From NCBI GenBank assembly GCA_031431875.1, contig JANPEF010000061.1:1-64000 (forward strand): 64,000 nt of DNA, written 5' to 3'. Below the pieces are notes generated by a model. The model was not told where the DNA came from. It searched no databases and was given only the letters and a program-made list of their open reading frames with translations. This document shows positions 19,836 to 29,773 of the stretch, piece after piece. Numbering within the stretch: the first letter of the stretch is position 1; each line of letters begins with the position of its first letter. The stretch comes from Candidatus Eiseniibacteriota bacterium. GTDB lineage: Bacteria > Eisenbacteria > RBG-16-71-46 > DASYSL01. The position numbers and the translations under genes are program-made.

Positions 19836-21830
19836 ATGAGCGCCCCCCGAGCCGTCCGCGTCCTCGCCACCGTCTTCGCTCTCGCCGGCGCCCTTGCCGC
19901 GCGGCCGATCCCGTCGTCCGCGGCCGATCCCGCAGCGGGCACACTGCGCGAGGAGGGCACGCGCGCGCGCCTGCCCCGGCCGCCGGCGCCGATCGTCGCC
20001 GCCTTGCCCGCCGGAGCCGACGTCGAGCGCTATCTCAACATCCGCTCGGCGGGGATGCCCGACTGGTCCGCCTCGGGACGTCGCCTCGCGTTCCGGACGG
20101 CGATCACCGGGCAGAACCAGGTGTGGATGGTGGATCGCGCCGGCGCATGGCCGACGCAGGTCACGTTCGGGACCGAACCGGTCGGCGCGTTCGCGTGGTC
20201 GCCGGTGGACGACGATCGCCTGATCTTCAGCCGCGACGTCGGTGGCAACGAGCGTCGCCAACTCTACCTTGCCGACGTGGCGACCGGAGCGGTCCGCCGC
20301 CTCACCACGCGCGACGACGTCATCCACAACTGGGGCGGCTGGTCGCGCGACGGCCGCCGCATCGCCTACACCGCGAACGAGCGCAACCAGGCGTTCTTCG
20401 ACGTGTACGTGATGGACGTCGAGAGCGGCGTCGCACGGCGCATCCTCGAGCGCGATGGGGCGATGTACGGATCGGGATTCACGCCGGACGGCACGCACTA
20501 CCTCGCCGCCGAGATCCGCTCGAGCCAGGACATGGACCTGTGGCTGCTCGACGCGGACGGGACGCCGGCGCCGCGACGTCTCACGCCGGAGGACAACGCC
20601 GCGGCCTACGGAGATGCGGCCTGGATGCCGGACGGAAAGAGCCTCCTGTTGATGGGCAACCGCGATCGCGAGTTCGCCAGCCGGGCCCGGCTCGATGTGG
20701 CGACCGGCGGGCTCGCTTACGCCGACTCGCTCGCCTGGGACCTCGAGGAACTCGCGCTGTCGGACGACGGCCGGATGCTCGCGACCGTGGTCAACGAGGA
20801 CGGCCGCGGGCGGCTCGTCGTGCGCGACCTGCGCCTGCGCAGCGCGGACCAGGCGATTCGTCTGCCCGAACTGCCCGACGGCACCGTGACCGATCCCGTC
20901 TGGTCGCGCGACGGCACCCGCCTGGCGTTCGCGCTCAGCGGCCCGCAGCACCCGTCGGATGTGTGGGTGTTCGATCGCACGGCGAGCACCGTGACGCGCT
21001 GGACCGACTCGTGGACCGCGGGCATTCCGCGCGCGACGTTCGCGGCCAGCCGGCTCGTGCACTTCGACTCGTTCGACGGGACGCGCATCGCCGGCTTCCT
21101 CTACCTGCCGCCCGGAACGAGCGGACCGGTGCCGATCGTGTTCAGCGTGCACGGCGGACCCGAGGAGCAGGCGAAGGCCGTGTTCTCGCCGCTCATCCAG
21201 TACTTCGTGCAGCGCGGCTTCGGTGTCTACCAGCCGAACGTGCGCGGATCGACCGGCTACGGGCGCTCGTTCGCGCGCCTCGACGATGTCGGGAAGCGCC
21301 TCGACTCGGTGAAGGACCTGACCGCGGCCGCGCAATGGCTGGTCGCCCAGGGAATCGCCGAGCCTGGCCGCATCGCGGTCAGCGGGGGATCGTATGGCGG
21401 GTACATGACCCTCGCCGCGCTCGCGTTCGATCCCGGGACGTGGGCGTGCGGGGTCGACATCGTCGGGATCTCGGACCTGCGCACGTTCATCGCCAACACC
21501 GGCGCCTGGCGCCGCAACCTGCGCGCCGCCGAGTATGGCGATCCCGACAAGGACGGCGCGGCGATGGATGCCGCCTCGCCGATCCATCGCGTGGCCGACA
21601 TCCGTGCGCCGCTCATGGTGATCCAGGGCGCAAACGATCCGCGCGTGCCGCAGTCCGAGGCCGACCAGATGGTCGCGGCGTTGCGCGCCCGTGGCGTGAC
21701 CGTCGACTACCTGCTCTATCCCGATGAGGGGCACGGCCTGGCCAAGCTCCCCAACCGCATCACCGCCTACACGAAGATGGCCGATTTCTTCACCACCCAC
21801 CTCAAGCCCGCGGTGTCGGCGACGCCCTGA
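19836..21830 (+). CDS. Secreted S9 family peptidase (acylaminoacyl/dipeptidyl peptidase)
   Basis: Signal peptide, beta-propeller, HGGP, NVRGSTGYG, GGSYGG, QGANDPRV, DEGHG. Confidence 0.92.
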   Translation: MSAPRAVRVLATVFALAGALAARPIPSSAADPAAGTLREEGTRARLPRPPAPIVAALPAGADVERYLNIRSAGMPDWSASGRRLAFRTAITGQNQVWMVDRAGAWPTQVTFGTEPVGAFAWSPVDDDRLIFSRDVGGNERRQLYLADVATGAVRRLTTRDDVIHNWGGWSRDGRRIAYTANERNQAFFDVYVMDVESGVARRILERDGAMYGSGFTPDGTHYLAAEIRSSQDMDLWLLDADGTPAPRRLTPEDNAAAYGDAAWMPDGKSLLLMGNRDREFASRARLDVATGGLAYADSLAWDLEELALSDDGRMLATVVNEDGRGRLVVRDLRLRSADQAIRLPELPDGTVTDPVWSRDGTRLAFALSGPQHPSDVWVFDRTASTVTRWTDSWTAGIPRATFAASRLVHFDSFDGTRIAGFLYLPPGTSGPVPIVFSVHGGPEEQAKAVFSPLIQYFVQRGFGVYQPNVRGSTGYGRSFARLDDVGKRLDSVKDLTAAAQWLVAQGIAEPGRIAVSGGSYGGYMTLAALAFDPGTWACGVDIVGISDLRTFIANTGAWRRNLRAAEYGDPDKDGAAMDAASPIHRVADIRAPLMVIQGANDPRVPQSEADQMVAALRARGVTVDYLLYPDEGHGLAKLPNRITAYTKMADFFTTHLKPAVSATP

Positions 21831-21962
21831 CGCCGCTGCAGGCCGCGCCATCGTGCAAAGCGCCTCGTCATCGGGGCCGTTCGGGGCCGCGCCGGGCTTG
21901 GTCCGGCGAGGCACCCGCGTTACAATTGCGGACATGGTTCTCCCCGCGGAGGTCGCTCGTCC

Positions 21963-23639
21963 ATGAAGTCGTTCAGCCGGATCCTCCCGCTCCACGTCCT
22001 GCTTGCCGGCGCCATCGCGCCCGCTGCCGGGGCGCAGTGCACGTATCCGCTGATCACCAACGGCGCGACGGTGACCGCTTCGAGCCAGGTGGCCTCGGTG
22101 CGCTTCGCGACGCCGATCACTTCCTTCGTCGCCCTCGGCCTGCGCTCCGACGCCGGCAGCGATCATTCCCTCGCCCTGTACGGCGCGACGGGCGGCGCGC
22201 CTGCGTGCGGCAGCGGACTTCTCGCCACGTCGAACACGCCGGCAGGCGTCGAGGTGCTCGTCGGCGACTACCGCCCGGGACACAACCCGACCGGTCCGCG
22301 CTTTGCGACGGGAACACGGACCAGCGGCACGGGCGGCATGACGTTCGAACTGGAGACCACCGCGCGCATCCTGGTCGCCGGCACGCCGCCCGAGTCGTCG
22401 CTCGTGGCACCGCCGGTGCTCGACGTCTACCAGACGTTCCTCGAGGCCGGCAGTTCCTACACGTTCAACCTGGCGAGTGCGGGACCCGATCTCATGGTGC
22501 TCGTCTTCCGCAACCCGGGAGCGAATCCGTTCTGGGCCGGTCGCGGCGCCCCGGAGATGCTCGCCAGCGCGAACGGCCCCACGCTGTTCACTGCACCCGC
22601 GTCGGACGACTACGCCCTGGTCGTGGTCAACGATGACGGGGCCGCCGGCACGTACACGCTCTGGGTCGAGCTGTGCCAGGAGCCCGATACGCTGCTGTCG
22701 ACTGTGGCGCGCCCGGTGACGTATCCGTATCGCGACAAGCTCGCCATCGAGGACCTCTACTGGCAAGGCGTCGGCGTTCGCCCCGACGCGGGCTCGGATT
22801 GGAACCTCGCGCTCTACGACACGGCGCGCGGGGCACCGGAACCCATCTGCTTCGAGGGCCTGGTGACGTCGTCTTCGCGCACGAGCGGCGTGGACTTCGT
22901 CGTCGGTGACCTGTCGAGCGGACCGCTCAAGCCGTTCTACGTGCGCGAACTGCGCGCCGGGGGAGACGGTGGCGCCACGGTCGAGTGGGACGCGGGTCCC
23001 GACGAGATCGCGGTCGGGGACACGCTGAGCCCGATCGTCCGCACGACCGGCCCCGCGGACGTGCTCACGGTCTGGGACGCGTACCTGAATCCCGGCACGA
23101 CCTACACCGTGCTGTTCTCGCCCTCCGGGAGTGCGGAGCTGCGCTGGTTCCTCTTCGCCAACCCGGCGCAGGGCCCCGGCGGGGAGCGCTGGTTCGCGCG
23201 CGACGAGGCGATCCTCACGGCCACGGGGAACGCGCTGGTGACGCCGACCACCCAGGGCTGGCACGGACTGGTCGTGGTCAACGAGAACGGCGCGGCCGGT
23301 TCGTATTCGCTCGCGATCGCCGGGCTGCCCTACGTCGGTGTCCCGGACGGGGGCGTGCTGCGCAACGCGCTGGGGGCGATCCAGCCCAACCCGATGCGCA
23401 CCCGCGCGACGATCGGCTTCACGCTTGCCCGCACCGCTCGCGTCACGATCGAGATCGTCGACGTGGCGGGGCGCATCGTCGCGCTGGTCGACGGCGGAAT
23501 GCAGGAGGGGGGACCGGGCGGGCTGGCCTGGGACGGGCGCGATGTGCAGGGCAGCCGGGCCGGCCCAGGCGTGTACTTCGCGCGCCTGGTGGTCGACGGT
23601 GCGGCGATCGGAGCGGCGCGACTCGTCCTCCTCCGCTAG
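21963..23639 (+). CDS. Secreted protein with two internal tandem modules and a C-terminal FlgD-Ig/T9SS-like domain
   Basis: Signal peptide; duplicated R.DAGSD..LALY and LVVVN..GAAG.Y.L; tail QPNP...VDVAGRIV...WDGRD...PGVYFARL. Confidence 0.82.
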   Translation: MKSFSRILPLHVLLAGAIAPAAGAQCTYPLITNGATVTASSQVASVRFATPITSFVALGLRSDAGSDHSLALYGATGGAPACGSGLLATSNTPAGVEVLVGDYRPGHNPTGPRFATGTRTSGTGGMTFELETTARILVAGTPPESSLVAPPVLDVYQTFLEAGSSYTFNLASAGPDLMVLVFRNPGANPFWAGRGAPEMLASANGPTLFTAPASDDYALVVVNDDGAAGTYTLWVELCQEPDTLLSTVARPVTYPYRDKLAIEDLYWQGVGVRPDAGSDWNLALYDTARGAPEPICFEGLVTSSSRTSGVDFVVGDLSSGPLKPFYVRELRAGGDGGATVEWDAGPDEIAVGDTLSPIVRTTGPADVLTVWDAYLNPGTTYTVLFSPSGSAELRWFLFANPAQGPGGERWFARDEAILTATGNALVTPTTQGWHGLVVVNENGAAGSYSLAIAGLPYVGVPDGGVLRNALGAIQPNPMRTRATIGFTLARTARVTIEIVDVAGRIVALVDGGMQEGGPGGLAWDGRDVQGSRAGPGVYFARLVVDGAAIGAARLVLLR

Positions 23640-23648
23640 ACTGCGCGG

Positions 23649-24068
23649 ATGGACACGTACCGCCTCTGGGTTGCGATCACGCCCCGCTTTCGTGACACCG
23701 ACGCCATGGGCCACGTCAACAACGCGGTCTACCTCACGTATTTCGAGGTCGCGCGCACCGCCTACTGGACCGCGCTGACCGGCGATCCCGATTACCAGCG
23801 CGTCCCGTTCATCCTCGCCCACACGACGCTCGACTTCCGCTCGCCGGCACTCGTGCGCGAGGCACTCGAGGTCGGCATCCGCGTCGAGCGCGTGGGCACC
23901 AAGTCCTTCGCCTGCGCCTACCGGATCGAGGAGGCGACGTCGCGGCGCCTGGTCTGCGAGGGCCGCTCCGTGCAGGTCATCTTCGATTACGCGAAGAACG
24001 AGAGCTACCCGGTGCCCCCCGAGCTGCGGGCCAGCCTGCGCGCCTTCGAGGGCTGTCCGGACCTGTAG
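23649..24068 (+). CDS. Acyl-CoA thioesterase (4HBT/YbgC hot-dog fold)
   Basis: RFRDTDAMGHVNNAVYLTYFEVAR. Confidence 0.9.
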   Translation: MDTYRLWVAITPRFRDTDAMGHVNNAVYLTYFEVARTAYWTALTGDPDYQRVPFILAHTTLDFRSPALVREALEVGIRVERVGTKSFACAYRIEEATSRRLVCEGRSVQVIFDYAKNESYPVPPELRASLRAFEGCPDL

Positions 24069-24148
24069 ACGCGCCCGCGCCGATCCGGTAGCCTCCCGCG
24101 GTCCGGGCCCAGGGCCCGGCCGACCACCATCCAATGGAAGGAACGCCG

Positions 24149-24700
24149 ATGAGCTTCGTTTCCGAACCCACGATCCTGCACGCGTCGCGGCTGCGGCTCG
24201 TCGCCGGCGTGGCGGCGCTGTGCATCGTCACGACGGCGATCGGCTGCGCGTCGTCGGGCGGCTCCAAGACCCAGGCCGGCACGACCGCGACCGCAACCGC
24301 GAAAGCCGGCGGAGAGACCATGACCACGACTCCGGCGAAGGAACCCGATCACATCAAGGTGCAGCACATCCTGATCGGGGCGAAGGGCACGGTGCCCGGC
24401 AAGAGCATCACGCGCAGCCTCGATGAGGCGAAGATTCTCGCCTACCAGCTGGCCGATCGCGCGCGCAAGGGCGAGGACTTCGGCGCGCTGGTGAGCCAGT
24501 ACACCGACGACGCGGCACCCGGCATCTACGGGATGTCCAATCGCGGCGTCGCGGCGGGTCAGGGTGAGTACGGTCGCGAGTCGATGGTACCAGCCTTCGG
24601 CAACGTCGGCTTCCCGCTGGCCCTCGGCGCGATCGGTGTCGCGGACTTCGACGCGTCGACGAGCCCTTACGGCTATCACGTCATCAAGCGCGTCGAATGA
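24149..24700 (+). CDS. Parvulin-type peptidyl-prolyl isomerase, lipoprotein
   Basis: Lipobox AIGC; VQHILI, GEDF..L..YTDD, MVPAF, SPYGYHVIKR. Confidence 0.88.
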   Translation: MSFVSEPTILHASRLRLVAGVAALCIVTTAIGCASSGGSKTQAGTTATATAKAGGETMTTTPAKEPDHIKVQHILIGAKGTVPGKSITRSLDEAKILAYQLADRARKGEDFGALVSQYTDDAAPGIYGMSNRGVAAGQGEYGRESMVPAFGNVGFPLALGAIGVADFDASTSPYGYHVIKRVE

Positions 24701-25263
24701 CGCGGGAGGCTCTCGTGAATCCCATGATCCGTCGCGGGCTGCGGCTCGCCTCGCTCGCCCTCGTCCTCGCCGTGGTCGGCTGCTCGCCGAAGGCGGACGA
24801 GGCGGCGAAGACCGCCGTCGATGACGCCGCCGCCGTGGCCAAGGCGGCAGCGGACAGTGTCGCCAAGCTCGCCGCCAGCACGATGCCCGCCCCCCCGGCG
24901 ACGGCGCCGGAGCACATCGAGGTGCAGCACGTGCTGATCGGCTTCGAGGGCAAGATCCCGGGCAAGCCGGTGACGCGTTCGCAGGCCGAGGCCGAGAAGC
25001 TCGCGGCCGAGCTGCTCGAGCGCGCCCGCAAGGGCGAGGACTTCGACCAGCTCGTCCAGAAGTACACCGACGACCAGTGGCCGGGGATCTACGGCCTGGC
25101 CAACACCGGGATCACGCCAGCACAGGGCGAGTTCACGCGTGACGGCATGGTCAAGGGCTTCAGCGACATCGCCTTCAGCCTGTCGCCCGGCAACATCGAC
25201 GTCGCCGTCTACGATCCCAAGACGAGCCCGTACGGCTGGCACATCATCAAGCGGTTGAAGTAG
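24697..25263 (+). CDS. Parvulin-type peptidyl-prolyl isomerase, lipoprotein (tandem paralog)
   Basis: Lipobox VVGC; VQHVLI, GEDF..L..YTDD, MVKGF, SPYGWHIIKR. Confidence 0.88.
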   Translation: MTREALVNPMIRRGLRLASLALVLAVVGCSPKADEAAKTAVDDAAAVAKAAADSVAKLAASTMPAPPATAPEHIEVQHVLIGFEGKIPGKPVTRSQAEAEKLAAELLERARKGEDFDQLVQKYTDDQWPGIYGLANTGITPAQGEFTRDGMVKGFSDIAFSLSPGNIDVAVYDPKTSPYGWHIIKRLK

Positions 25264-25286
25264 CGCGCGGTCGATTCGATGATTGT

Positions 25287-25322
25287 GGCCCCCGGGAGAT
25301 GCCTTCCGGGGGCCGTTTCATT
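25287..25322 (+). terminator. Rho-independent terminator-like hairpin
   Basis: ggcccccgg...ccgggggcc stem followed by gtttcatt, downstream of the parvulin stop. Confidence 0.7.
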
Positions 25323-25398
25323 GTTTCGCCGCCTGCGGGCCGGGGCGTAGACTCATCCCCCCGCATCCTCAGGGGTTTTCCGACTCGAGAGGTGAACC

Positions 25399-26120
25399 AT
25401 GCGCACCGCAGTCCATGCCTTGCTTGCCGCCGCGCTCTGCCTGTCGGCCTCGCCCGCACTGGTCAAAGCGGCCGACGGCACGTACGACCTGCGCTGGGAC
25501 AGCTGCACCGGACCGATCGAACGCTGTCCCACGGTGGACGACCAGAACTCGCTGTACGCCTCCGTGATCGGGCTGGACCAACCGCATCTCGCCTACCAGG
25601 TTCAAGTGATCTAAGGGAACGCGACGACCAACACCGTTCCCGACGCGTGGCGATTCGATGCGCAGGGGTGCCAGACCGGCGTGCCCCTCTTCACGATCGA
25701 TCACTTCGCGCCTCCGGCGGTGGCGAAGGCGTGCCCGTCCCTCCAGGGCACCGCGCCGAGCATCCAGATCAAGGACGTCAGCTTCGTTCCACCATCGATC
25801 CTCCTGCCGCAGACACTCCTGCGCATCACGCTGGCGAACGTGTACAACGGCAACCCACAGACCGGGGACCCCGCGAAGCGCTACTTCCTCGGGCGATTCC
25901 AGTTCGATCACGGGTTCTCGGTGATCGGTCCGACGACTCCGGGTGTCGATTGCAGCGGCTTCGAGGTTCCGCTCCGGTTCGACACGTACTGCACCAGCTA
26001 CGTCGACACGCAGGGGATGGAATGGAGCTTCGGCCTCGGGGGCACTGGCACCGTGACCTCGAAGGGGGTGGAAACCTGCCTCCCGGTCCCGGCCGAGACC
26101 TCGACCAGCTCGTGCAGTAG
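25399..26120 (+). pseudogene. Secreted Cys-containing protein interrupted by an in-frame TAA (25612-25614), with a damaged C-terminal tail
   Basis: GAGG RBS and signal peptide; the frame continues past the stop (..YQVQVI*GNATTNTVPDAWRFDAQGCQ..CLPVPAETST). A terminator-like hairpin follows at about 26130. Confidence 0.7.
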
Positions 26121-26127
26121 TCCACCG

Positions 26128-26167
26128 ACGGCCCCCGGGGGAGACACTCTCCCGGGGGCCGTTTCGT
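26128..26167 (+). terminator. Rho-independent terminator-like hairpin, near copy of 25287-25322
   Basis: acggcccccggg...cccgggggccgt followed by ttcgt. Confidence 0.7.
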
Positions 26168-26364
26168 CATCGCGCGTTCGGGGGAAGATGACTGCGGCCA
26201 CCAACCCGGGATGGTCTCAGTTACTCGCCCCCGGAACAGGCACTGCGACCATGAGGCGGACATGGTCACACTCGCCTCTTCCAAGCAAGGTGACTGCGAC
26301 CACCTGGGCTCACCCCCCCTCCGGCCCGATCCCGTGCCGCATCCCAATCTGGTAGATTCCCCTC

Positions 26365-26964
26365 GTGAAGGATTTCACGAGCCTCGCCCTCCTTTTCGTC
26401 GCCCTCCTCTTCCTCGTCGAGATCGCGCTCCTTGCGCGCTTCCTGCGCGCGCGCGGCCCTGCGCCCGGCCTTCGCTGGATCCTCGCTCCGCTCGTCGTCA
26501 CGCTCGCATTCGCGCTGCCCGCCGCGTGGATTGCGCGCGCGGGCGGGCTCGCGCCCGGCCTGCCCGGAGCCGGCATGCCCTGGGAGGACGTGACCGATGC
26601 GACGCCGCGGGCGGAGTCCGCCGCCGCCGGTGAGCGCGCGTACCTCAACCGCTGCGCGCCGTGTCACCTGCCCGAGGGAAGTGGACTGCCGCCGTCGTAT
26701 CCGCCACTCGTCGGCAGCGCCGTCGTCGCCGGTCCGGTCGACCTGCACGTCCGCTACGCGCTATGGGGCAGTCGCGGCATCGCTCGACCACGCGCCGGTG
26801 CGGCGCAGATGCCGGGTTTCCATGGCGCGACCAGCGACGCGGAGCTCGCCGCGATCCTGACGTGGGAACGGAATGCGTGGGGGCATGACGCGGGGATCGT
26901 CCGGCCGTCGGACGTCGCGCGCGGGCGTGCCGCCGGCGCGGCCGAAGGGCTCGACCGCCCGTGA
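26365..26964 (+). CDS. Membrane-anchored monoheme cytochrome c
   Basis: Two N-terminal TM segments, CAPCH, G.G.P..YPPL, MPGF, SDAELAAILTWERNAWG. Confidence 0.85.
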   Translation: MKDFTSLALLFVALLFLVEIALLARFLRARGPAPGLRWILAPLVVTLAFALPAAWIARAGGLAPGLPGAGMPWEDVTDATPRAESAAAGERAYLNRCAPCHLPEGSGLPPSYPPLVGSAVVAGPVDLHVRYALWGSRGIARPRAGAAQMPGFHGATSDAELAAILTWERNAWGHDAGIVRPSDVARGRAAGAAEGLDRP

Positions 26965-27833
26965 ACACGACGGCGCGCCTGGCGCGCGGCACCGTGCTCG
27001 CGACGTTCGCCCTGATCGTGCTGGGCGCGATTGTCCGCTCCACCGGGTCCGGCCTCGCCTGCCCCGACTGGCCGCTGTGCCACGGGCAGCTGATCCCGCC
27101 GTTCCAGCCGCAGGTGCTGCTCGAGTGGGGACACCGCGCGGTCGCGCTGATCGTCAGCCTGTTGACCGCGGCGCTCGCGGGGCGGATCCTGCTGGTTCCG
27201 GACGAGCGGCGGGCATTGGGAGGCCTCGTCGGCCTCGCGCTCGCGCTGCTCGCGATGCAGATCCTCCTCGGCGCGCTCACCGTGTGGAAGCTGCTGCACT
27301 TCTCGGTGGTGACGCTCCACCTGGGGAATGCACTGCTGTTCTTCGCGACGCTGATCGCGATCGCCGAGCGCGCGGGGCGCGGTGCCGAGGCGGCTTTGGA
27401 CGCGTCGCCTGGCGACGACCGCAGGCTCTGGTGGATCGCCACACTCGCGACGCTCGCCCAGATCCTCCTGGGCGGGCTGGTCAGCACCAATCATGCGGGG
27501 CTCGCCTGCCCCGATTTTCCGCTCTGCCACGGTGCGTGGTGGCCGGCGGGGGAAGGACCTCTCGTGCACCTGCAACTGGCGCATCGCTTCGGGGCGTACG
27601 CGCTCGCCGCCTTCCTCGCGTTCGCCTGGTGGCGGTCGCGCGGCGAGGCGAATCCGCACGTGCGAGCGGGTGCCACGGCGGTGCTCGGGCTGGTGCTCAT
27701 CCAGATCGTGCTCGGCGCGTTCAACGTGCTGCTCGCGGTCCCCGTGTGGCTGACGGCGGCGCATCTGGCCACCGCGACGGCGCTGTTCGCGCTGACCGTG
27801 CTGACCGCGCTGCGTGCCGGGCGTTCGTCATGA
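26961..27833 (+). CDS. ctaA: Heme A synthase (COX15/CtaA)
   Basis: GSGLACPDWPLCHG, EWGHR, QILLG, HLG, ACPDFPLC, HR. Confidence 0.92.
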   Translation: MNTTARLARGTVLATFALIVLGAIVRSTGSGLACPDWPLCHGQLIPPFQPQVLLEWGHRAVALIVSLLTAALAGRILLVPDERRALGGLVGLALALLAMQILLGALTVWKLLHFSVVTLHLGNALLFFATLIAIAERAGRGAEAALDASPGDDRRLWWIATLATLAQILLGGLVSTNHAGLACPDFPLCHGAWWPAGEGPLVHLQLAHRFGAYALAAFLAFAWWRSRGEANPHVRAGATAVLGLVLIQIVLGAFNVLLAVPVWLTAAHLATATALFALTVLTALRAGRSS

Positions 27834-29125
27834 GCTTCGCCGTGGCGCGCACCGACCTGCGCACGATCGCGCTGGCGTACCTCGAGCTGGCCAAGCCGCG
27901 GATCGTGCTGCTCGTGCTGCTGACCGGCGTGCCGGCGCTGCTCATGGCGGCGCGCGGGCTGCCCGAAGCGACGACCGTGATCGGCGCCATCCTCGGCACC
28001 GCGTTGGCAGCAGCCTCGGCGGCGGCGTTCAACCACGTGTTCGATCGCGACATCGATGCCCTGATGGTGCGTACGAAGCTGCGCCCGCTGCCGACCGGCG
28101 TGCTCACGCCGACGCAGGCGACCGTGTTCGCGATCGGGCTCGGCATCGCCGCCTGGCTGGTGCTCGACCTCATGACGACCCGGCTGGCCGCGATCATCGG
28201 GCTGATCTCGATCTTCTATTACGCGGTGGTCTACACCGTGTGGCTCAAGCGCTCGACGCCGCAGAACATCGTGATCGGCGGCGCGGCGGGGGCGACCGCC
28301 CCGCTCATCGCGTGGGCCGCGGTGACCGGGCGCATCGACCTGCCTGCGGTCCTGCTCGCGGCGATCGTCTTTTTCTGGACGCCGCCGCACTTCTGGGCGC
28401 TCGCGCTCTATCGCCGCGAGGACTACGCGCGGGCGAACATCCCGATGTTGCCGGTGACGCACGGGGAGGACGAGACGCGGCGGCAGATCCTGCTCTACAC
28501 GCTGGGGCTGGTGCCGATCACGCTCGCCCCCGTTGGCATTGGCGCGGCCGGGCCGATCTACGGCGTACCGGCGCTGATGCTCGGCGCCCTGTTCGCGTGG
28601 TACGCGCTGCGGCTGTTCCAGACCAAGGCGACCGCGCGCGCGGTGAAGTTGTTCCGCTTCTCGATCCTCTACCTGTTCGTGTTGTTCGTCGCGCTGGGCG
28701 TCGATGCCGCGGTCGTGGGCGGGCGCAATCGCGCCGCGGCAGAGCGCACGCGAGCGGCGGCGGCGGCGGCGGTCGCATCGGTCGAGAACCCGGTTGCGGT
28801 GCGGGTGACGGCCGGTGCGACCGGGGCGCTGGCGCTCTCGGTGACCGCGCCGCTCGAGGAGGTCGCGGTGCGTCGGGGCGGGGAGCAGGAGCGCGTGCTG
28901 CGGGTCATCAACGGTGGCTCCGACACGTTGCGGGTCTCCGTGAAGCGGAGGGTCCTTCCGGAGGTGGCGGCGGCCTTCGTGCGCGATGCGGACGGCGGCG
29001 CTCCGCGAGTGATGATCGCGCCGGGGGCAACCGTCGACCTGCCGGTGCGCTTCACGATCGATGCGGCCCTGCCGCTCGACGTGCCAGTCCTGACCGTGAT
29101 CTACTCGCTCGATGCCTCGCGCTGA
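27830..29125 (+). CDS. cyoE: Protoheme IX farnesyltransferase (heme O synthase) with a C-terminal Cox11/CtaG-like extension
   Basis: KPRI, DRDIDALMVRT..RPLP, YTVWLKR.TPQNIVIGG, FWTPPHFWAL, DYARANIPML; extra tail of about 130 aa. Confidence 0.9.
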   Translation: MSFAVARTDLRTIALAYLELAKPRIVLLVLLTGVPALLMAARGLPEATTVIGAILGTALAAASAAAFNHVFDRDIDALMVRTKLRPLPTGVLTPTQATVFAIGLGIAAWLVLDLMTTRLAAIIGLISIFYYAVVYTVWLKRSTPQNIVIGGAAGATAPLIAWAAVTGRIDLPAVLLAAIVFFWTPPHFWALALYRREDYARANIPMLPVTHGEDETRRQILLYTLGLVPITLAPVGIGAAGPIYGVPALMLGALFAWYALRLFQTKATARAVKLFRFSILYLFVLFVALGVDAAVVGGRNRAAAERTRAAAAAAVASVENPVAVRVTAGATGALALSVTAPLEEVAVRRGGEQERVLRVINGGSDTLRVSVKRRVLPEVAAAFVRDADGGAPRVMIAPGATVDLPVRFTIDAALPLDVPVLTVIYSLDASR

Positions 29126-29718
29126 GGCGCTTGCAGCGTCCCCTGCACCCACTTGCGCAGCGCCACGATTCCGTCGTTGTCCTTGGCCGAGGTCGCGATC
29201 ACGTCGATCTCCTCGCGCCAGGGCAGGAGCTTGCGCAGCTCGGCCAGCTTGCGCGCGGGGGCGCTGCGGTTCACGCGGTCGCACTTGGTGAACGCGAGCG
29301 CGAACGGCACGTCGTCCTCCAGCAGCCACGACAGCATCTCGAGGTCCGAGTCCTGCCACGGCACGCTCACGTCGACCAGCTGGAACACCGCGGCGCGGCG
29401 CGACGGATCGCCCAGCAGGTCGCGGGCGGCGCGGGTGAACGTGCGGCGTTCCTTCTCGGGTCCGGCGGCGTAGCCGTAGCCGGGCAGATCGATCAGGTAG
29501 AAAGGCGGCGTCTTGTCCGACTCGAGCTCGAAGTAGACGAGCTGGCGCGTGCGGCCCGGCGTCTTGCTCGTGCGCGCGATCGCCTGGTTGGCGAAGCGAT
29601 TGACGAGCGACGACTTGCCCACGTTCGAGCGCCCCGTGAAGGCGATTCCCGGACGCTCGTTCGGGCATGCGGCGGGGTCGAGAAACGAGCCGAGGAACTT
29701 CGTGCGGAGGATGCGCAT
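29101..29718 (-). CDS. engB: Ribosome biogenesis GTP-binding protein YihA/YsxC
   Basis: [28 protein letters not shown]. Confidence 0.93.
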   Translation of the reverse strand: MRILRTKFLGSFLDPAACPNERPGIAFTGRSNVGKSSLVNRFANQAIARTSKTPGRTRQLVYFELESDKTPPFYLIDLPGYGYAAGPEKERRTFTRAARDLLGDPSRRAAVFQLVDVSVPWQDSDLEMLSWLLEDDVPFALAFTKCDRVNRSAPARKLAELRKLLPWREEIDVIATSAKDNDGIVALRKWVQGTLQAPQREASSE

Positions 29719-29773
29719 GAAGCCCAAGGTAGCATGCCTTGACACCCGGCGACGGCCCGACGAACATGCGCCC

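Noticed and set aside
19821..24134. Very long antisense or alternative-frame ORFs (e.g. 19821-24134, 27491-30403, 35937-38723, 57430-60372)
   Set aside because: Arg/Ala/Gly-rich shadow frames of well-supported genes, expected at this GC content; no recognisable motifs.
25612..25614. In-frame stop as possible recoding (Sec/Pyl)
   Set aside because: The codon is TAA, and the gene's 3' end also looks damaged; mutation or sequencing error is simpler.
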